From Eledone cirrhosa (lineage: Eukaryota): a stretch of 64,000 nucleotides of DNA. The notes beneath the pieces were generated by a model. It had not been told where the DNA came from and did not search any database. It saw nothing but the letters and a program-made list of their open reading frames with translations. This document shows positions 1 through 15,000 of the stretch, one piece after another; positions within the stretch are counted from its first letter, which is position 1; every line of letters starts with the position of its first letter. The stretch spans positions 38,192,001 through 38,256,000 of the forward strand of contig OZ024747.1 in assembly GCA_964016885.1 (NCBI GenBank), in the 5' to 3' direction. Position numbers and translations under genes: made by a program.

Positions 1-3000
1 ATGGGAGATAGTATAGTAAAATATGTAATGGCGAGATAGGTTAGTAAAATATGTAATGGGGAAATAGGATAGTAAAATATGTACTGGGGAGATAGGATAG
101 TAAAATATCTAATGGCGAGATAGGATAATAAAATATATAATGTGGAGAAAGGGTGGTAAAATATGTAATGGTGAGATAGGATAATAACATATGTAATGAA
201 GAGATAGTACAGTAAAATATGGTAATGGGGAGATAGGATAGTAAAATATGTAATGGGGAGATAGGGTGGTAAAATATGTAATGCGGAAATATGGTGGTAA
301 AATATGTAATGGGGAGATAGGAGAGTAAAATATCTAATGGGGAGATAGGATAGTAAAATATGTAATGGGCTGATAGGGTGGTAAAATATAGTACTCTAGG
401 GATAGGATTGTAAGATATGTAATGGGGAGATAGTACAGTAAAATATGGTAATGGTGAGATAGGATCGTAAAATATGTAATGGGGAGATAGGGTGGTAAAA
501 TATGTAATGGGGATATAGGGTAGTAAAATTTGGTAATGGGGAGAAAGGATAGTAAAATATGTTAATAGGGAGATAGGATAGTAACATATACAATGGGGTG
601 ATATGATAGTAAAATATGGTAATGGGGAGATAGGCTAGTAAAATAAGTAATAGGGAGATAAGGTGGTAAAATATATAATGGGGAGATACTGTGATAAACT
701 ATTTAATAGGGAGATAGGATAGTAAAATATGGTAATGGGGAGATAGGGTGGTAAAATATAGTACTTGAAATATGTAATGAGGAGATAGTACAGTAAAATA
801 TGGTAATGGGGAGATAGGGTGGTAAAATATCTAATGGTGTGATAGGATAGTATAATATGTAATGGGGAGATAGGATAGTAAAATATGTAATGAGGAGATA
901 GGGTGGTAAAATATGTAATTGGGTGATATGGTGGTAAAATAAGTAATGGGTAGATAGGGTTGTAAAATATGTAATGGGGAGATAGGATAGTAAAATATGT
1001 TAATGGGGAGATAGAATGGTAAAATATGGTAATAGGGTGATATGATTGTAAACTACGTAATGGGAAGTTAGGATAGTAAAATATGTAATGGGGAGATAGG
1101 GTGGCAAAATATGTAATGAGGAGATAGGGTCGTAAAATATCTAATGGGGAGATAAGGTGTTAAAATATGGTAATCGGGAGATAGGATATTAACATTTGTA
1201 ATGGGGAGATAGAATATTAAAATATGTAATGGGCACATAGGTTATTAAAACATGTAATGGGGAGATAGAATAGTAAAATATGAAATTAGGAGATAGGGTG
1301 GTAAAATATAGTACTGGGGAGATAGGGTGGTAAAATATCTAATGGTGTGATAGGATAGTAAAATATGTAATGGGGAGATAGGATAGTACAATATGTAATG
1401 AGGAGATAGGGTGGTAAAATATGTAATTGGGTGAAATGGTGGTAAAATAAGTAATGGGTAGATAGGGTGGTAAAATATGTAATGGAGAGATAGGATAGTA
1501 AAATATGTTAATGGGGAGATAGAGTGGTGAAATATGGTAATGGGGAGTTAGGATAATAAAATATTGTCATGGTGAGATAGGGTGATAAAATATTCTAATG
1601 GGGAGATAGGATAGTAAAATATGTAATGGGGAGATAGGATATTTAAAAATGTAATGGGGTGATAGGGTTTTAAAATATGGTACTGGGGAGATATGTTAGT
1701 AAAATATGTTAATTGGCAGACAGGGTGGTAAAATATGTAATGGGATGATCGGATGGTAAAATATGGTAATGGGGAGATAGGATAGTAAAATATGTAATGG
1801 GGAGATAGGGTGGTAAAATATGTAATGGGGATATAGGGTAGTAAAATATGGTAATGGGGAGAAAGGATAGTAAAATATGTTAATAGGGAGATAGGATAGT
1901 AACATATGCAATGGGGTGATATGATAGTAAAATATGGTAATGGGGAGATAGGCTAGCAAAATATGTTAATAGGGAGATAGGATAGTAACATATGCAATGG
2001 GGTGATATGATAGTAAAATATGGTAATGGGGAGATAGGCTAGCAAAATAAGTAATAGGGAGATAAGGTGGTAAAATATATAATGGGGAGATACTGTGATA
2101 AACTATTTAATAGGGAGATAGGATAGTAAAATATGGTAATGGGGAGATAGGGTGGTAAAATATAGTACTTGAAATATGTAATGAGGAGATAGTACAGTAA
2201 AATATGGTAATGGGGAGATAGGGTGGTAAAATATCTAATGGTGTGATAGGATAGTATAATATGTAATGTGGAGATAGGATAGTGAAATATGTAATGAGGA
2301 GATAGGGTGGTAAAATATGTAATTGGGTGATATGGTGGTAAAATAAGTAATGGGTAGATAGGGTTGTAAAATATGTAATGGGGAGTTAGGATAGTAAAAT
2401 ATGTTAATGGGGAGATAGAGTGGTAAAATATGGTAATGGGGAGTAAGGATAGTAAAATATGGTCATGGTGAGATAGGGTGATAAAATATGTAATGGGGAG
2501 ATAGGATAGTAAAATATGTAATGGGGAGATATGATATTTAAATATGTAATGGGGTAATAGGGTTTTAAAATATGGTACTGGGGAGATAGGATAGTAAAAT
2601 ATGGTAATTGGGAGATAGGGTGCTAAGATATGTAATGGGATGATCGGAGGGTAAAATATGGTAATGGGGAGATAGGATAGTAAAATATGTAATGGGGAGA
2701 TAACATAGTAAAATATGTAATGAGGAGATAGTGTGGTAAAATAGGTAATGGGATAATCGGGTGGTAAAATATGTAAAGTGGAGATAGGGTGGTAAAATAT
2801 TTAATGGGGAGTTAGGGTGGTAAAATATGTAATGAGGAGATAGGGAGGTAAAATAAGTAATGGGGAGATAGGGTGGTAAAATATGCAAAGGGATGATCGG
2901 ATGGTAAAATATGGTAATGGGGAGATAGGATAGTAAAATATGTAATGGGGAGATAGGATATTTAAAAATGTAATGGGGTGATAGGGTTTTAAAATATGGT

Positions 3001-6000
3001 ACTGGGGAGATATGTTAGTAAAATATGTTAATTGGCAGACAGGGTGGTAAAATATGTAATGGGATGATCGGATGGTAAAATATGGTAATGGGGAGATAGG
3101 ATAGTAAAATATGTAATGGGGAGATAGGGTGGTAAAATATGTAATGGGGATATAGGGTAGTAAAATATGGTAATGGGGAGAAAGGATAGTAAAATATGTT
3201 AATAGGGAGATAGGATAGTAACATATGCAATGGGGTGATATGATAGTAAAATATGGTAATGGGGAGATAGGCTAGTAAAATAAGTAATAGGGAGATAAGG
3301 TGGTAAAATATATAATGGGGAGATACTGTCATAAACTATTTAATAGGGAGATAGGATAGTAAAATATGGTAATGGGGAGATAGGGTGGTAAAATATAGTA
3401 CTTGTAATATGTAATGAGGAGATAGTACAGTAAAATATGGTAATAGGGAGATAGGGTGGTAAAATATCTAATGGTGTGATAGGATAGTATAATATGTAAT
3501 GGGGAGATAGGATAGTAAAATATGTAATGAGGAGATAGGGTGGTAAAATATGTAATTGGGTGATATGGTGGTAAAATAAGTAATGGGTAGATAGGGTTGT
3601 AAAATATGTAATGGGGAGTTAGGATAGTAAAATATGTTAATGGGGAGATAGAGTGGTAAAATATGGTAATGGGGAGTAAGGATAGTAAAATATGGTCATG
3701 GTGAGATAGGGTGATAAAATATGTAATGGGGAGATAGGATAGTAAAATATGTAATGGGGAGATATGATATTTAAATATGTAATGGGGTAATAGGGTTTAA
3801 AAATATGGTACTGGTGAGATAGGATAGTAAAATATGGTAATTGGGAGATAGGGTGCTAAGATATGTAATGGGATGATCGGAGGGTAAAATATGGTAATGG
3901 GGAGATAGGATAGTAGAATATGTAATGGGGAGATAAGATAGTAAAATATGTAATGAGGAGATAGTGTGGTAAAATAGGTAATGGGATAATCGGGTGGTAA
4001 AATATGTAAAGTGGAGATAGGGTGGTAAAATATTTAATGGGGAGTTAGGGTGGTAAAATATGTAATGAGGAGATAGGAGGTAAAATATGTAATGAGGAAA
4101 TAGGGTGGTAAAATATGTAATGGGTAGATAGGGCGGTAAAATATAGTAATCGGGAGATAGGATATTAAAATTTGTAATGGGGAGATAGATTAGTAAAATA
4201 TGTAATGGGGAGAGAGGATATTAACATATGTAATGGTGAGATAGTAGAGTAAAATATGTAATTAGGAGATAGGGTGGTAAAATATAGTACTGGGGAGATA
4301 GTACAGTAAAATATGGTAATGGGTAGATAGCATAGTAAAATATGTAATGGGGAAATAGGGTGGTAAAATAGGTAATGGGGAGTCAGCGTTGTAAAATATG
4401 GTAATGGGAAGATAGGAAAGTAAAATATGGCATTGGGGAGATATGATAGTAAAATAAGTAATGGGGAGATAGGGTGGTAAAATATGCAAAGGTATGATCG
4501 GATGGTAAAATATGGTAATGGGGAGATAGGATAGTAAAATATGTAATGGGGACATAGGATAGTAAAATATGTAATGAGGAGATAGCTTGGTAAAATATGT
4601 AATGGGATGATCGGGTCGTAAAATATGTAATGGGGAGATAGGGTGGTAAAATATGGTAATAGGATGATATGATTGTAAACTACGTAATGGGAAGTTAGGA
4701 TAGTAAAATATGTAATGTGGAGATAGGATATTAAACTATGTAATCTAAAGATAGGATATTAAAATATGTAATGGGAAGATAGGATATTAAAATATGTAAT
4801 GTGGAGATAGGATAGTAAAATATGTAATGGGGAGATAGGGTGCAAAATATGTAATGTTGAGATAGGATAATAAAATTTGTAATGAGGAGCTAGGGTGCTA
4901 AAATATGTAATGAGGAGATAGGGTCGTAAAATATCTAATGGGGAGATAGGGTGTTAAAATATGGTAATCGGGAGATAGGATATTAACATTTGTAATGGGG
5001 CGATAGAATATTAAAATATGTAATGGGCACATAGGTTATTAAAACATGTAATGGGGAGATAGAATAGTAAAATATGAAATTAGGAGATAGGGTGGTAAAA
5101 TATAGTACTGGGGAGATAGGGTGGTAAAATATCTAATGGTGTGATAGGATAGTAAAATATGTAATGGGGAGATAGGATAGTACAATATGTAATGAGGAGG
5201 TAGGGTGGTAAAATATGTAATTGGGTGATATGGTGGTAAAATAAGTAATGGGTAGATAGGGTGGTAAAATATGAAATGGGGAGATAGGATAGTAAAATAT
5301 GTTAATGGGGAGATAGAGTGGTGAAATATGGTAATGGGGAGTTAGGACAATAAAATATGGTCATGGTGAGATAGGGTGATAAAATATTCTAATGGGGAGA
5401 TAGGATAGTAAAATATGTAATGGGGAGATAGGATATTTAAATATGTAATGGGGTGATAGGGTTTTAAAATATGGTACTGGGGAGATAGGATAGTAAAATA
5501 TGTTAATTGGCAGACAGGGTGGTAAAATATGTAATGGGATGATCGGATGGTAAAATATGGTAATGGGGAGATAAGATAGTAAAATATGTAATGGGGAGAT
5601 AGGATAGTAAAATGTGTAATGAGGAGATAGGGTGGTAAAATATGTAATGGGGAGATAGGAGAGTAAAATATCTAATGGGGAGATAGGATAGTAAAATATT
5701 AAATGGGGAGGTAGGATAGTAAAATATGTAATGGGGAGATAGGATAGTAAAATATCTAATGGTGAGATAGGATAGTAAAATATGTAATGGGGAGATAGGG
5801 TGGTAAAATATGTAATCGGTATATTGGGTAGTAAAATATGGTAATGGGGAGAAAGGATAGTAAAATATGTTAATAGGGAGATAGGATAGTAACATATGCA
5901 ATGGGGTGATATGATAGTAAAATATGGTAATGGGGAGATAGGCTTGTAAAATAAGTAATAGGGAGATAAGGTGGTAAAATATATAATGGGGAGATACTGT

Positions 6001-9000
6001 GATAAACTATTTAATAGGGAGATAGGATAGTAAAATATGGTAATGGGGAGATAGGGTGGTAAAATATAGTACTTGAAATATGTAATGAGGAGATAGTACA
6101 GTAAAATATGGTAATGGGGAGATAGTGTGGTAAAATATCTAATGGTGTGATAGGATAGTATAATATGTAGTGGGGAGATAGGATAGTAAAATATGTTAAT
6201 GGGAAGATAGAGTGGTAAAATATGGTAATGGGGAGTAAGGATAGTAAAATATGGTCATGGTGAGATAGGGTGATAAAATATGTAATGGGGAGATAGGATA
6301 GTAAAATATGTAATTGGGAGATATGATACTTAAATATGTAATGGGGTAATAGGGTTTTAAAATATGGTACTGGGGAGATAGGATAGTAAAATATGGTAAT
6401 TGGGAGATAGGGTGCTAAAATATGTAATGGGATGATCGGAGGGTAAAATATGGTAATGGGGAGATAGGCTTGTAAAATAAGTAATAGGGAGATAAGGTGG
6501 TAAAATATATAATGGGGAGATACTGTGATAAACTATTTAATAGGGAGATAGGATAGTAAAATATGGTAATGGGGAGATAGGGTGGTAAAATATAGTACTT
6601 GAAATATGTAATGAGGAGATAGTACAGTAAAATATGGTAATGGGGAGATAGTGTGGTAAAATATCTAATGGTGTGATAGGATAGTATAATATGTAGTGGG
6701 GAGATAGGATAGTAAAATATGTTAATGGGAAGATAGAGTGGTAAAATATGGTAATGGGGAGTAAGGATAGTAAAATATGGTCATGGTGAGATAGGGTGAT
6801 AAAATATGTAATGGGGAGATAGGATAGTAAAATATGTAATTGGGAGATATGATACTTAAATATGTAATGGGGTAATAGGGTTTTAAAATATGGTACTGGG
6901 GAGATAGGATAGTAAAATATGGTAATTGGGAGATAGGGTGCTAAAATATGTAATGGGATGATCGGAGGGTAAAATATGGTAATGGGGAGATAGGAGAGTA
7001 AAATATGTAATGGGGAGATAAGATAGTAAAATATGTAATGAGGAGATAGTGTGGTAAAATAGGTAATGGGATAATCGGGTGGTAAAATATGTAAAGTGGA
7101 GATAGGGTGGTAAAATATTTAATGGGGAGATAGGGTGGTAAAATATGTAATGAGGAGATAGGGAGGTAAAATATGTAATGAGGAAATAGGGTGGTAAAAT
7201 ATGTAATGGGTAGATAGGGCGGTAAAATATAGTAATCGGGAGATAGGATAGTAAAATATGTTAATTGGCAGACAGGGTGGTAAAATATGTAATGGGATGA
7301 TCGGATGGTAAAATATGGTAATGGGGAGATAGGATATTAAAATTTGTAATGGGGAGACAGATTAGTAAAATATGTAATGGGGAGAGAGGATATTAAAATA
7401 TGTAATGGGGAGATAGGATAGTAAAATATGTAATGGGGAGAGAGGATATTAAAATATGTAATGGGGAGATAGGATAGTAAAATATGTAATTAGGAGATAG
7501 GGTGGTAAAATATAGTACTGGGGAGATAGTACAGTAAAATATGGTAATGGGTAGATAGCATAGTAAAATACGTAATGGGGAGATAGGGTGGTAAAATAGG
7601 AAATGGGGAGACAGCGTTGTAAAATATGGTAATGGGGAGATAGGAAAGTAAAATATGGCATTGGGGAGATATGATAGTAAAATAAGTAATGGGGAGATAG
7701 GGTGGTAAAATATGCAATGGGATGATCGGATGGTAAAATATGGTAATGGGGAGATAGGATACTAAAATATGTAATGGGGACATAGGATAGTAAAATATGT
7801 AATGAGGAGATAGGGTGGTAAAATATGTAATGGGATGATCGGGTCGTAAAATATGTAATGGGGAGATAGGGTGGTAAAATATGTAATGGGTAGATAGGAT
7901 AGTAAAATATGTAATGGGGAGATAGGGTGGTAAAATATGTAATGGGAAGTTAGGATAGTAAAATATGTAATGTGGAGATAGGATAGTAAACTATGTAATC
8001 TAAAGATAGGATATTAAAATATGTAATGGGAAGATAGGATATTAAAATATGTAATGTGGAGATAGGATAGTAAAATATGTAATGGGGAGATAGGGTGGCA
8101 AAATATGTAATGTTGAGATAGGATAATACAATTTGTAATGAGGAGCTAAGGTGCTAAAATATGTAATGAGGAGATAGGGTCGTAAAATATGTAATGGGGA
8201 GATAGGGTGTTAAAATATGGTAATCGGGAGATAGGATATTAACATTTGTAATGGGGAGATAGAATATTAAAATATGTAATGGGCACATAGGTTATTAAAA
8301 CATGTAATGGGGAGATAGAATAGTAAAACATGAAATTAGGAGATAATGTGGTAAAATATAGTACTGGGGAGATAGGGTGGTAAAATATCTAATGGTGTGA
8401 TAGGATAGTAAAATATGTAATGGGGAGATAGTATAATAAAATATGTAATGAGGAGATAGGGTGGTAAAATATGTAATTGGGTGATATGGTGGTAAAATAA
8501 ATAATGGGTAGATAGGGTGGTAAAATATGTAATGGGGAGATAGGATAGTAAAATATGTTAATGGGGAGATAGAATGGTGAATTATGGTAATGGGGAGTTA
8601 GGATAATAAAATATGGTCATGGTGAGATAGGGTGATAAAATATTCTAATGGGGAGATAGGATAGTAAAATATGTAATGGGGTGATAGGGTTTTAAAATAG
8701 GGTACTGGGGAGATAGGATAGTAAAATATGTTAATTGGCAGACAGGGTGGTAAAACATGTAATGGGATGATCGAATGGTAAAATATGGTAATGGGGAGAT
8801 AGGATAGTAAAATATGTAATGGGGAGATAGGATAGTAAAATATGTAATGAGGAGATAGGGTGGTAAAATAGGTAATGGGATAATCGTGTCGTAAAACATG
8901 TAATGGGGATAATAGGATAGTAAAATACGTAATGAGGAGACAGTACAGTAAAATATGGTAATGGGGAGATAGGGTGGTAAAGTAACTAATGATGTGATAG

Positions 9001-12000
9001 GATAGTAAAATATGTAACGGGGACATTACAAATTATGTAATCGGGAGATAGGGTGGTAAAATATGTAATGTGGAGATAGGCTGGTAAAATATGTAATCGG
9101 GAGTTAGGATAGTAACATACCTAATGGGGAGATAGGATAGTAAAATATGTAATGGGGAGATAGGGTGGTAAAATGTGTAATAGGGAGATAGGGTGGTAAA
9201 ATATGTAATGGGGAGTTAGGATGTAAAATATGTAATGGGCAGATAGGATAGTAAAATATGCAATAGGGAGATAGGATAATAAAATATGTAATCGGGAGAT
9301 AGGGTGGTAAAATATGTAATGGGGAGATAGGCTGGTAAAATATGTAATGGGGAGTTAGGATGTAAAATATGTAATGGGGAGATAGGAGATTAAAATATGT
9401 AATGGGGAGATAGGATAGTAAAATATGTAATGAGGAGATAGGGTGGTAAAATATGTAATGGGGAGATAGGGTGGTAAAATATGTAATGGGGAGATAGGAG
9501 AGTAAAATATCTAATGGGGAGATAGGATAGTAAAATATGTAATGGGTTGATAGGGAGGTAAAATATAGTACTCTAGAGATAGGATTGTAAAATATGTAAT
9601 GGGGAGATAGGATAGTAAAATATGTAATGGGGAGATAGGGTGGTAAAATATGTAATAGGGAGATAGCGTGGTAAAATATGTAATGGGGAGATAAGGTGGT
9701 AAAATATGTCATGGGGAGATAGGGTGATAAAAGATGTAATGGGAGATAGAGTAGTAAAATATAGTAATAGGGAGATAGGATATTTAAATATGGTAATGGG
9801 GAGATAAGATAGTAAAATATGTTATGGGGAGATAGGCTGGTAAAATATGTAATGGGGAGATAGGACAGTAAAATATGCAATAGGGAGATAGGATAATAAA
9901 ATATGTAATCGGGAGATAGGGTGGTAAAATATGTAATGGGGAGATAGGCTGGTTAAATATGAAATGGGGAGGTAGGATAGTAAAATATGTAATGGGGAGA
10001 TAGGATAGTAAAGTATGTAATGTGGAGATAGGGTGATAAAATATAGTACTGGGGATATAGGATAGTAAAATATAGTACTGGGGAGATAGGATAGTAAAAT
10101 ATGTTATGGGGAGATAGGGTGGTAAAATATGTAATGGGGAGATAGGATAGTAATATATGCAATAGGGAGATAGGATAGTAAAATATGGTAATAGGGAGAT
10201 AGGATATTTAAATATGGTAATGGGGAGATAGGATTTTAAAATACGGTACTGGGGAGATAGGATAGTAAAATATGTAATGAGGAGATAGGGTGGTAAAATA
10301 TGTAATGGGAGATAGGAGAGTAAAATATCTAATGGGGAGATAGGATAGTAAAATATGTAATGGGTTGATGGGGAGGTAAAATATAGTACTCTAGAGATAG
10401 GATTGTAAAATATGTAATGGGGAGATAGGATAGTAAAATATGTAATGGGGAGATAGGGTGGTAAAATATGTAATAGGGAGATAGGGTGGTAAAATATGTA
10501 ATGGGGAGATAAGGTGGTAAAATATGTCATGGGGAGATAGGGTGATAAAAGATGTAATGGGAGATAGAGTAGTAAAATATAGTAATAGGGAGATAGGATA
10601 TTTAAATATGGTAATGGGGAGATAAGATAGTAAAATATGTTATGGGGAGATAGGCTGGTAAAATATGTAATGGGGAGTTAGGATGTAAAATATGTAATGG
10701 GGAGATAGGATAGTAAAATATGCAATAGGGAGATAGGATAATAAAATATGTAATCGGGAGATAGGGTGGTAAAATATGTAATGGGGAGATAGGCTGGTAA
10801 AATATGTAATGGGGAGTTAGGATGTAAAATATGTAATGGGGAGATAGGAGATTAAAATATGTAATGGGGAGATAGGGTAGTAAAATATGTAATGGGGAGA
10901 TAGGGTGGTAAAATATGTAATGGGGAAATAGGATAGTAAAATATGGTAATGGTGAGACAGCATAGTAAAATATGGTAATGGGGAGATAGGATAGTAAAAT
11001 ATGTAATGGTGAGATAGGGTGATAATATATGTAATGGGAGATAGAGTAGTAAAATGTGGTAATAGGGAGATAGGATATTTAAATATGGTAATGGGGAGAT
11101 AGGGTTTTAACATATGGTACTGGGGAGATAGGATAGTAAAATATGTAATGAGGAGATCGTATAATAACATATGTAATGGGGAGATAGGATGGTAAAATAT
11201 GTAATGGGGAGATAGGGTGGTAAAATATGTAATTGGGAGATAGGAGAGTAAAATATCTAATGGGGAGATAGGATAGTAAAGTATGTAATGGGGAGATAGG
11301 GTGATAAATTATAGTACTGGGGATATAGGATAGTAAAATATAGTACTGGGGAGATAGGATAGTAAAATATGTAATGGGGAGATAGGATAGTAAAATATGT
11401 TATGGGGAGATAGGGTGGTAAAATATGTAATGGGGAGATAGGATATTAATATATGCAATAGGGAGATAGGATAGTAAAATATGTAATCGGGAGATAGGGT
11501 GGTAAAATATGTAATGTGGAGATAGGCTGGTAAAATATGTAATCGGGAGTTAGGATAGTAACATACGTAATGGGGAGATAGGATAGTAAAATATGTAATG
11601 GGGGGATAGGGTGGTAAAATATATAATGGGGAGATAGGGTGGTAAAATATGTAATGGGGAGATAGGATAGTAAAATATGTAATGGGTTGATAGGGTGGTA
11701 AAATATAGTACTCTAGAGATAGGATTGTAAAATATGTAATGGGGAGATAGTACAGTAAAACATGGTAATGGTGAGATAGGATAGTAAAATATGTAATGGG
11801 GAGATAGGGTGGTAAAATATGTAATAGGGAGATAGGGTGGTAAAATATGTAATGGGAGATAAGGTGGTAAAATATGTCATGGGGAGATAGGGTGATGAAA
11901 TATGTAATGGGAGATAGAGTAGTAAAATATAGTAATAGGGAGATAGGATATTTAAATATGGTAATGGGGAGATAAGATAGTAAAATATGTTATGGGGAGA

Positions 12001-15000
12001 TAGGGTGGTAAAATATGTAATGGGGAGATAGGATAGTAAAATATGCGATAGGGAGATAGGATAATAAAATATGTAATCGGGAGATAGGGTGGTAAAATAT
12101 GTAATGGGGAGATAGGCTGGTAAAATATGTAATGGGGAGTTAGGATGTAAAATATGTAATGGGGAGATAGGATAGTAAAATATGCAATAGGGAGATAGGA
12201 TAATAAAATATGTAATCGGGAGATAGGGTGGTAAAATATGTAATGGGGAGATAGGCTGGTAAAATATGTAATGGGGAGTTAGGATGTAAAATATGTAATG
12301 GGGAGATAGGAGATTAAAATATGTAATGGGGAGATAGGATAGTAAAATATGTAATGGGGAGATAGGGTGGTAAAATATGTAATGGGGAAATAGGATAGTA
12401 AAATATGGTAATGGTGAGACAGCATAGTAAAATATGGTAATGGGGAGATAGGATAGTAAAATATGTAATGGTGAGATAGGGTGATAATATATGTAATGGG
12501 AGATAGAGTAGTAAAATGTGGTAATAGGGAGATAGGATATTTGAATATGGTAATGGGGAGATAGGGATTTAACATATGGTACTGGGGAGATAGGATAGTA
12601 AAATATGTAATGAGGAGATCGTATATTAACATATGTAATGGGGAGATAGGGTGGTAAAATATGTAATTGGGTGATATGGTGGTAAAATATGTAATGGGGA
12701 GATAGGGTGGTAAAATATGTAATGGGGAGATAGGATAGTAAAATATGTTAATAGGGATATAGGGTGGTAAAATATGTAATGTGGAGATAGACTGGTAAAA
12801 TATGTAATCGGAAGTTAGGGTGGTAAAATATGTAATGGGGAGATAGGAGAGTAAAATATCTAATGGGGAGATAGGATATTAAATATGAAATGGGGAGGTA
12901 GGATAGTAAAATATGTAATGGGGAGATAGGATAGTAAAGTATGTAATGTGGAGATAGGGTGATAAAATATAGTACTGGGGATATAGGATAGTAAAATATA
13001 GTACTGGGGAGATAGGATAGTAAAATATGTTATGGGGAGATAGGGTGGTAAAATATGTAATGGGGAGATAGGATAGTAATATATGCAATAGGGAGATAGG
13101 ATAGTAAAATATGGTAATAGGGAGATAGGATATTTAAATATGGTAATGGGGAGATAGGATTTTAAAATACGGTACTGGGGAGATAGGATAGTAAAATATG
13201 TAATGAGGAGATAGGGTGGTAAAATATGTAATGGGGAGATAGGGTGGTAAAATATGTAATGGGGAGATAGGAGAGTAAAATATCTAATGGGGAGATAGGA
13301 TAGTAAAATATGTAATGGGTTGATAGGGTGTTAAAATATAGTACTCTAGAGATAGGATCGTAAAATATGTAATGGGGAGATAGTACAGTAAAATATGGTA
13401 ATGGTGAGATAGCATAGTAAAATATGTAATGGGGAGATAGGGTGGTAAAATATGTAATAGGGAGATAGGGTGGTAAAATATGTCATGGGCAGATAAGGTG
13501 GTAAAATATGTCATGGGGAGATAGTGTGATAAAATATGTAATGGGAGATAGAGTAGTAAAATATAGTAATAGGGAGATAGGATATTTAAATATGGTAATG
13601 GGGAGATAAGATAGTAAAATATGTTATGGGGAGATAGAGTGGTAAAATATGTAATGGGGAGATAGGATAGTAAAATATGCGATAGGGAGATAGGATAATA
13701 AAATATGTAATCGGGAGATAGGGTGGTAAAATATGTAATGGGGAGATAGGCTGGTAAAATATGTAATGGGGAGTTAGGATGTAAAATATGTAATGGGGAG
13801 ATAGGATAGTAAAATATGTAATGGGGATATAGGGTGGTAAAATATGTAATGGGGAGATAGGGTAGTAAAATATGGTAATGCGGAGTTAGGATAGTAAAAT
13901 ATGTTATCGGGAGAAAGGTTATTAAAATATGTAATGGGGAAATAGGATAGTAAAATATGGTAATGGTGAGACAGCATAGTAAAATATGGTAATGGGGAGA
14001 TAGGATAGTAAAATATGTAATGGTGAGATAGGGTGATAATATATGTAATGGGAGATAGAGTAGTAAAATGTGGTAACAGGGAGATAGGATATTTAAATAT
14101 GGTAATGGGGAGATAGGGTTTTAAAATATGGTACTGGGGAGATAGGATAGTAACATATGTAATGAGGAGATCGTATAGTAACATATGTAATGGGGAGATA
14201 GGATGGTAAAATATGTAATGGGGAGATAGGGTGGTAAAATATGTAATTGTGTGATATGGTGGTAAAATATGTAATGGGAAGATAGGGTGATAAAATAATT
14301 AATGGGGAGATAGGATAGTAAAATATGTAATGCGGAGATAGGATAGTAAAATATGTAATGGGGTGATATGGTGGTAAAATATAGTACTGGGGAGATAGGA
14401 TTGTAAAATATGTAATGGGGAGATAGTACAGTAAAATATGGTAATGGGGAGATAGGATAGTAAAATATGTAATGGGGAGATAGGGTGGTAAAATTTGTGA
14501 ATGGGGAGATAGGGTGGTAAAATATGTATTCGCGAGATAGGATAGTAAAATATGGTAATGTGGAGATAGGGTTTTAAAATGTGGTACTGGGGAGATAGGA
14601 TAGTAAAATATGGTAATTGTGCGATAGGGTGTTAAAATATGTAATGGGATGATCGGATGGTAAAATATGTAATGGGATGATCGGGTCGTAAAATATGTAA
14701 TGGGGAGATAGGGTTGCAAATTATGTAATGGGGAGATAGGATAGTAAAATACGTAATTGGGAGATATCGTGGTAAAATATGGTAATGTGGAGATAGAATA
14801 GTAAAATATGTAATGGGGCGATAGGATAGTAAACCATGTAATGGGAAGATAGGATATTAAAATATGTAATGGGAAGATAGGATATTAAAATATGTAATGG
14901 GGAAATAGGATAGTAAAATATGTAATGGGCAGATAGAATAGTAAAATATGTAATGGGGAGATAGGATACTAAAATAGGTAATGGGGAGATAGGGTGGTAA

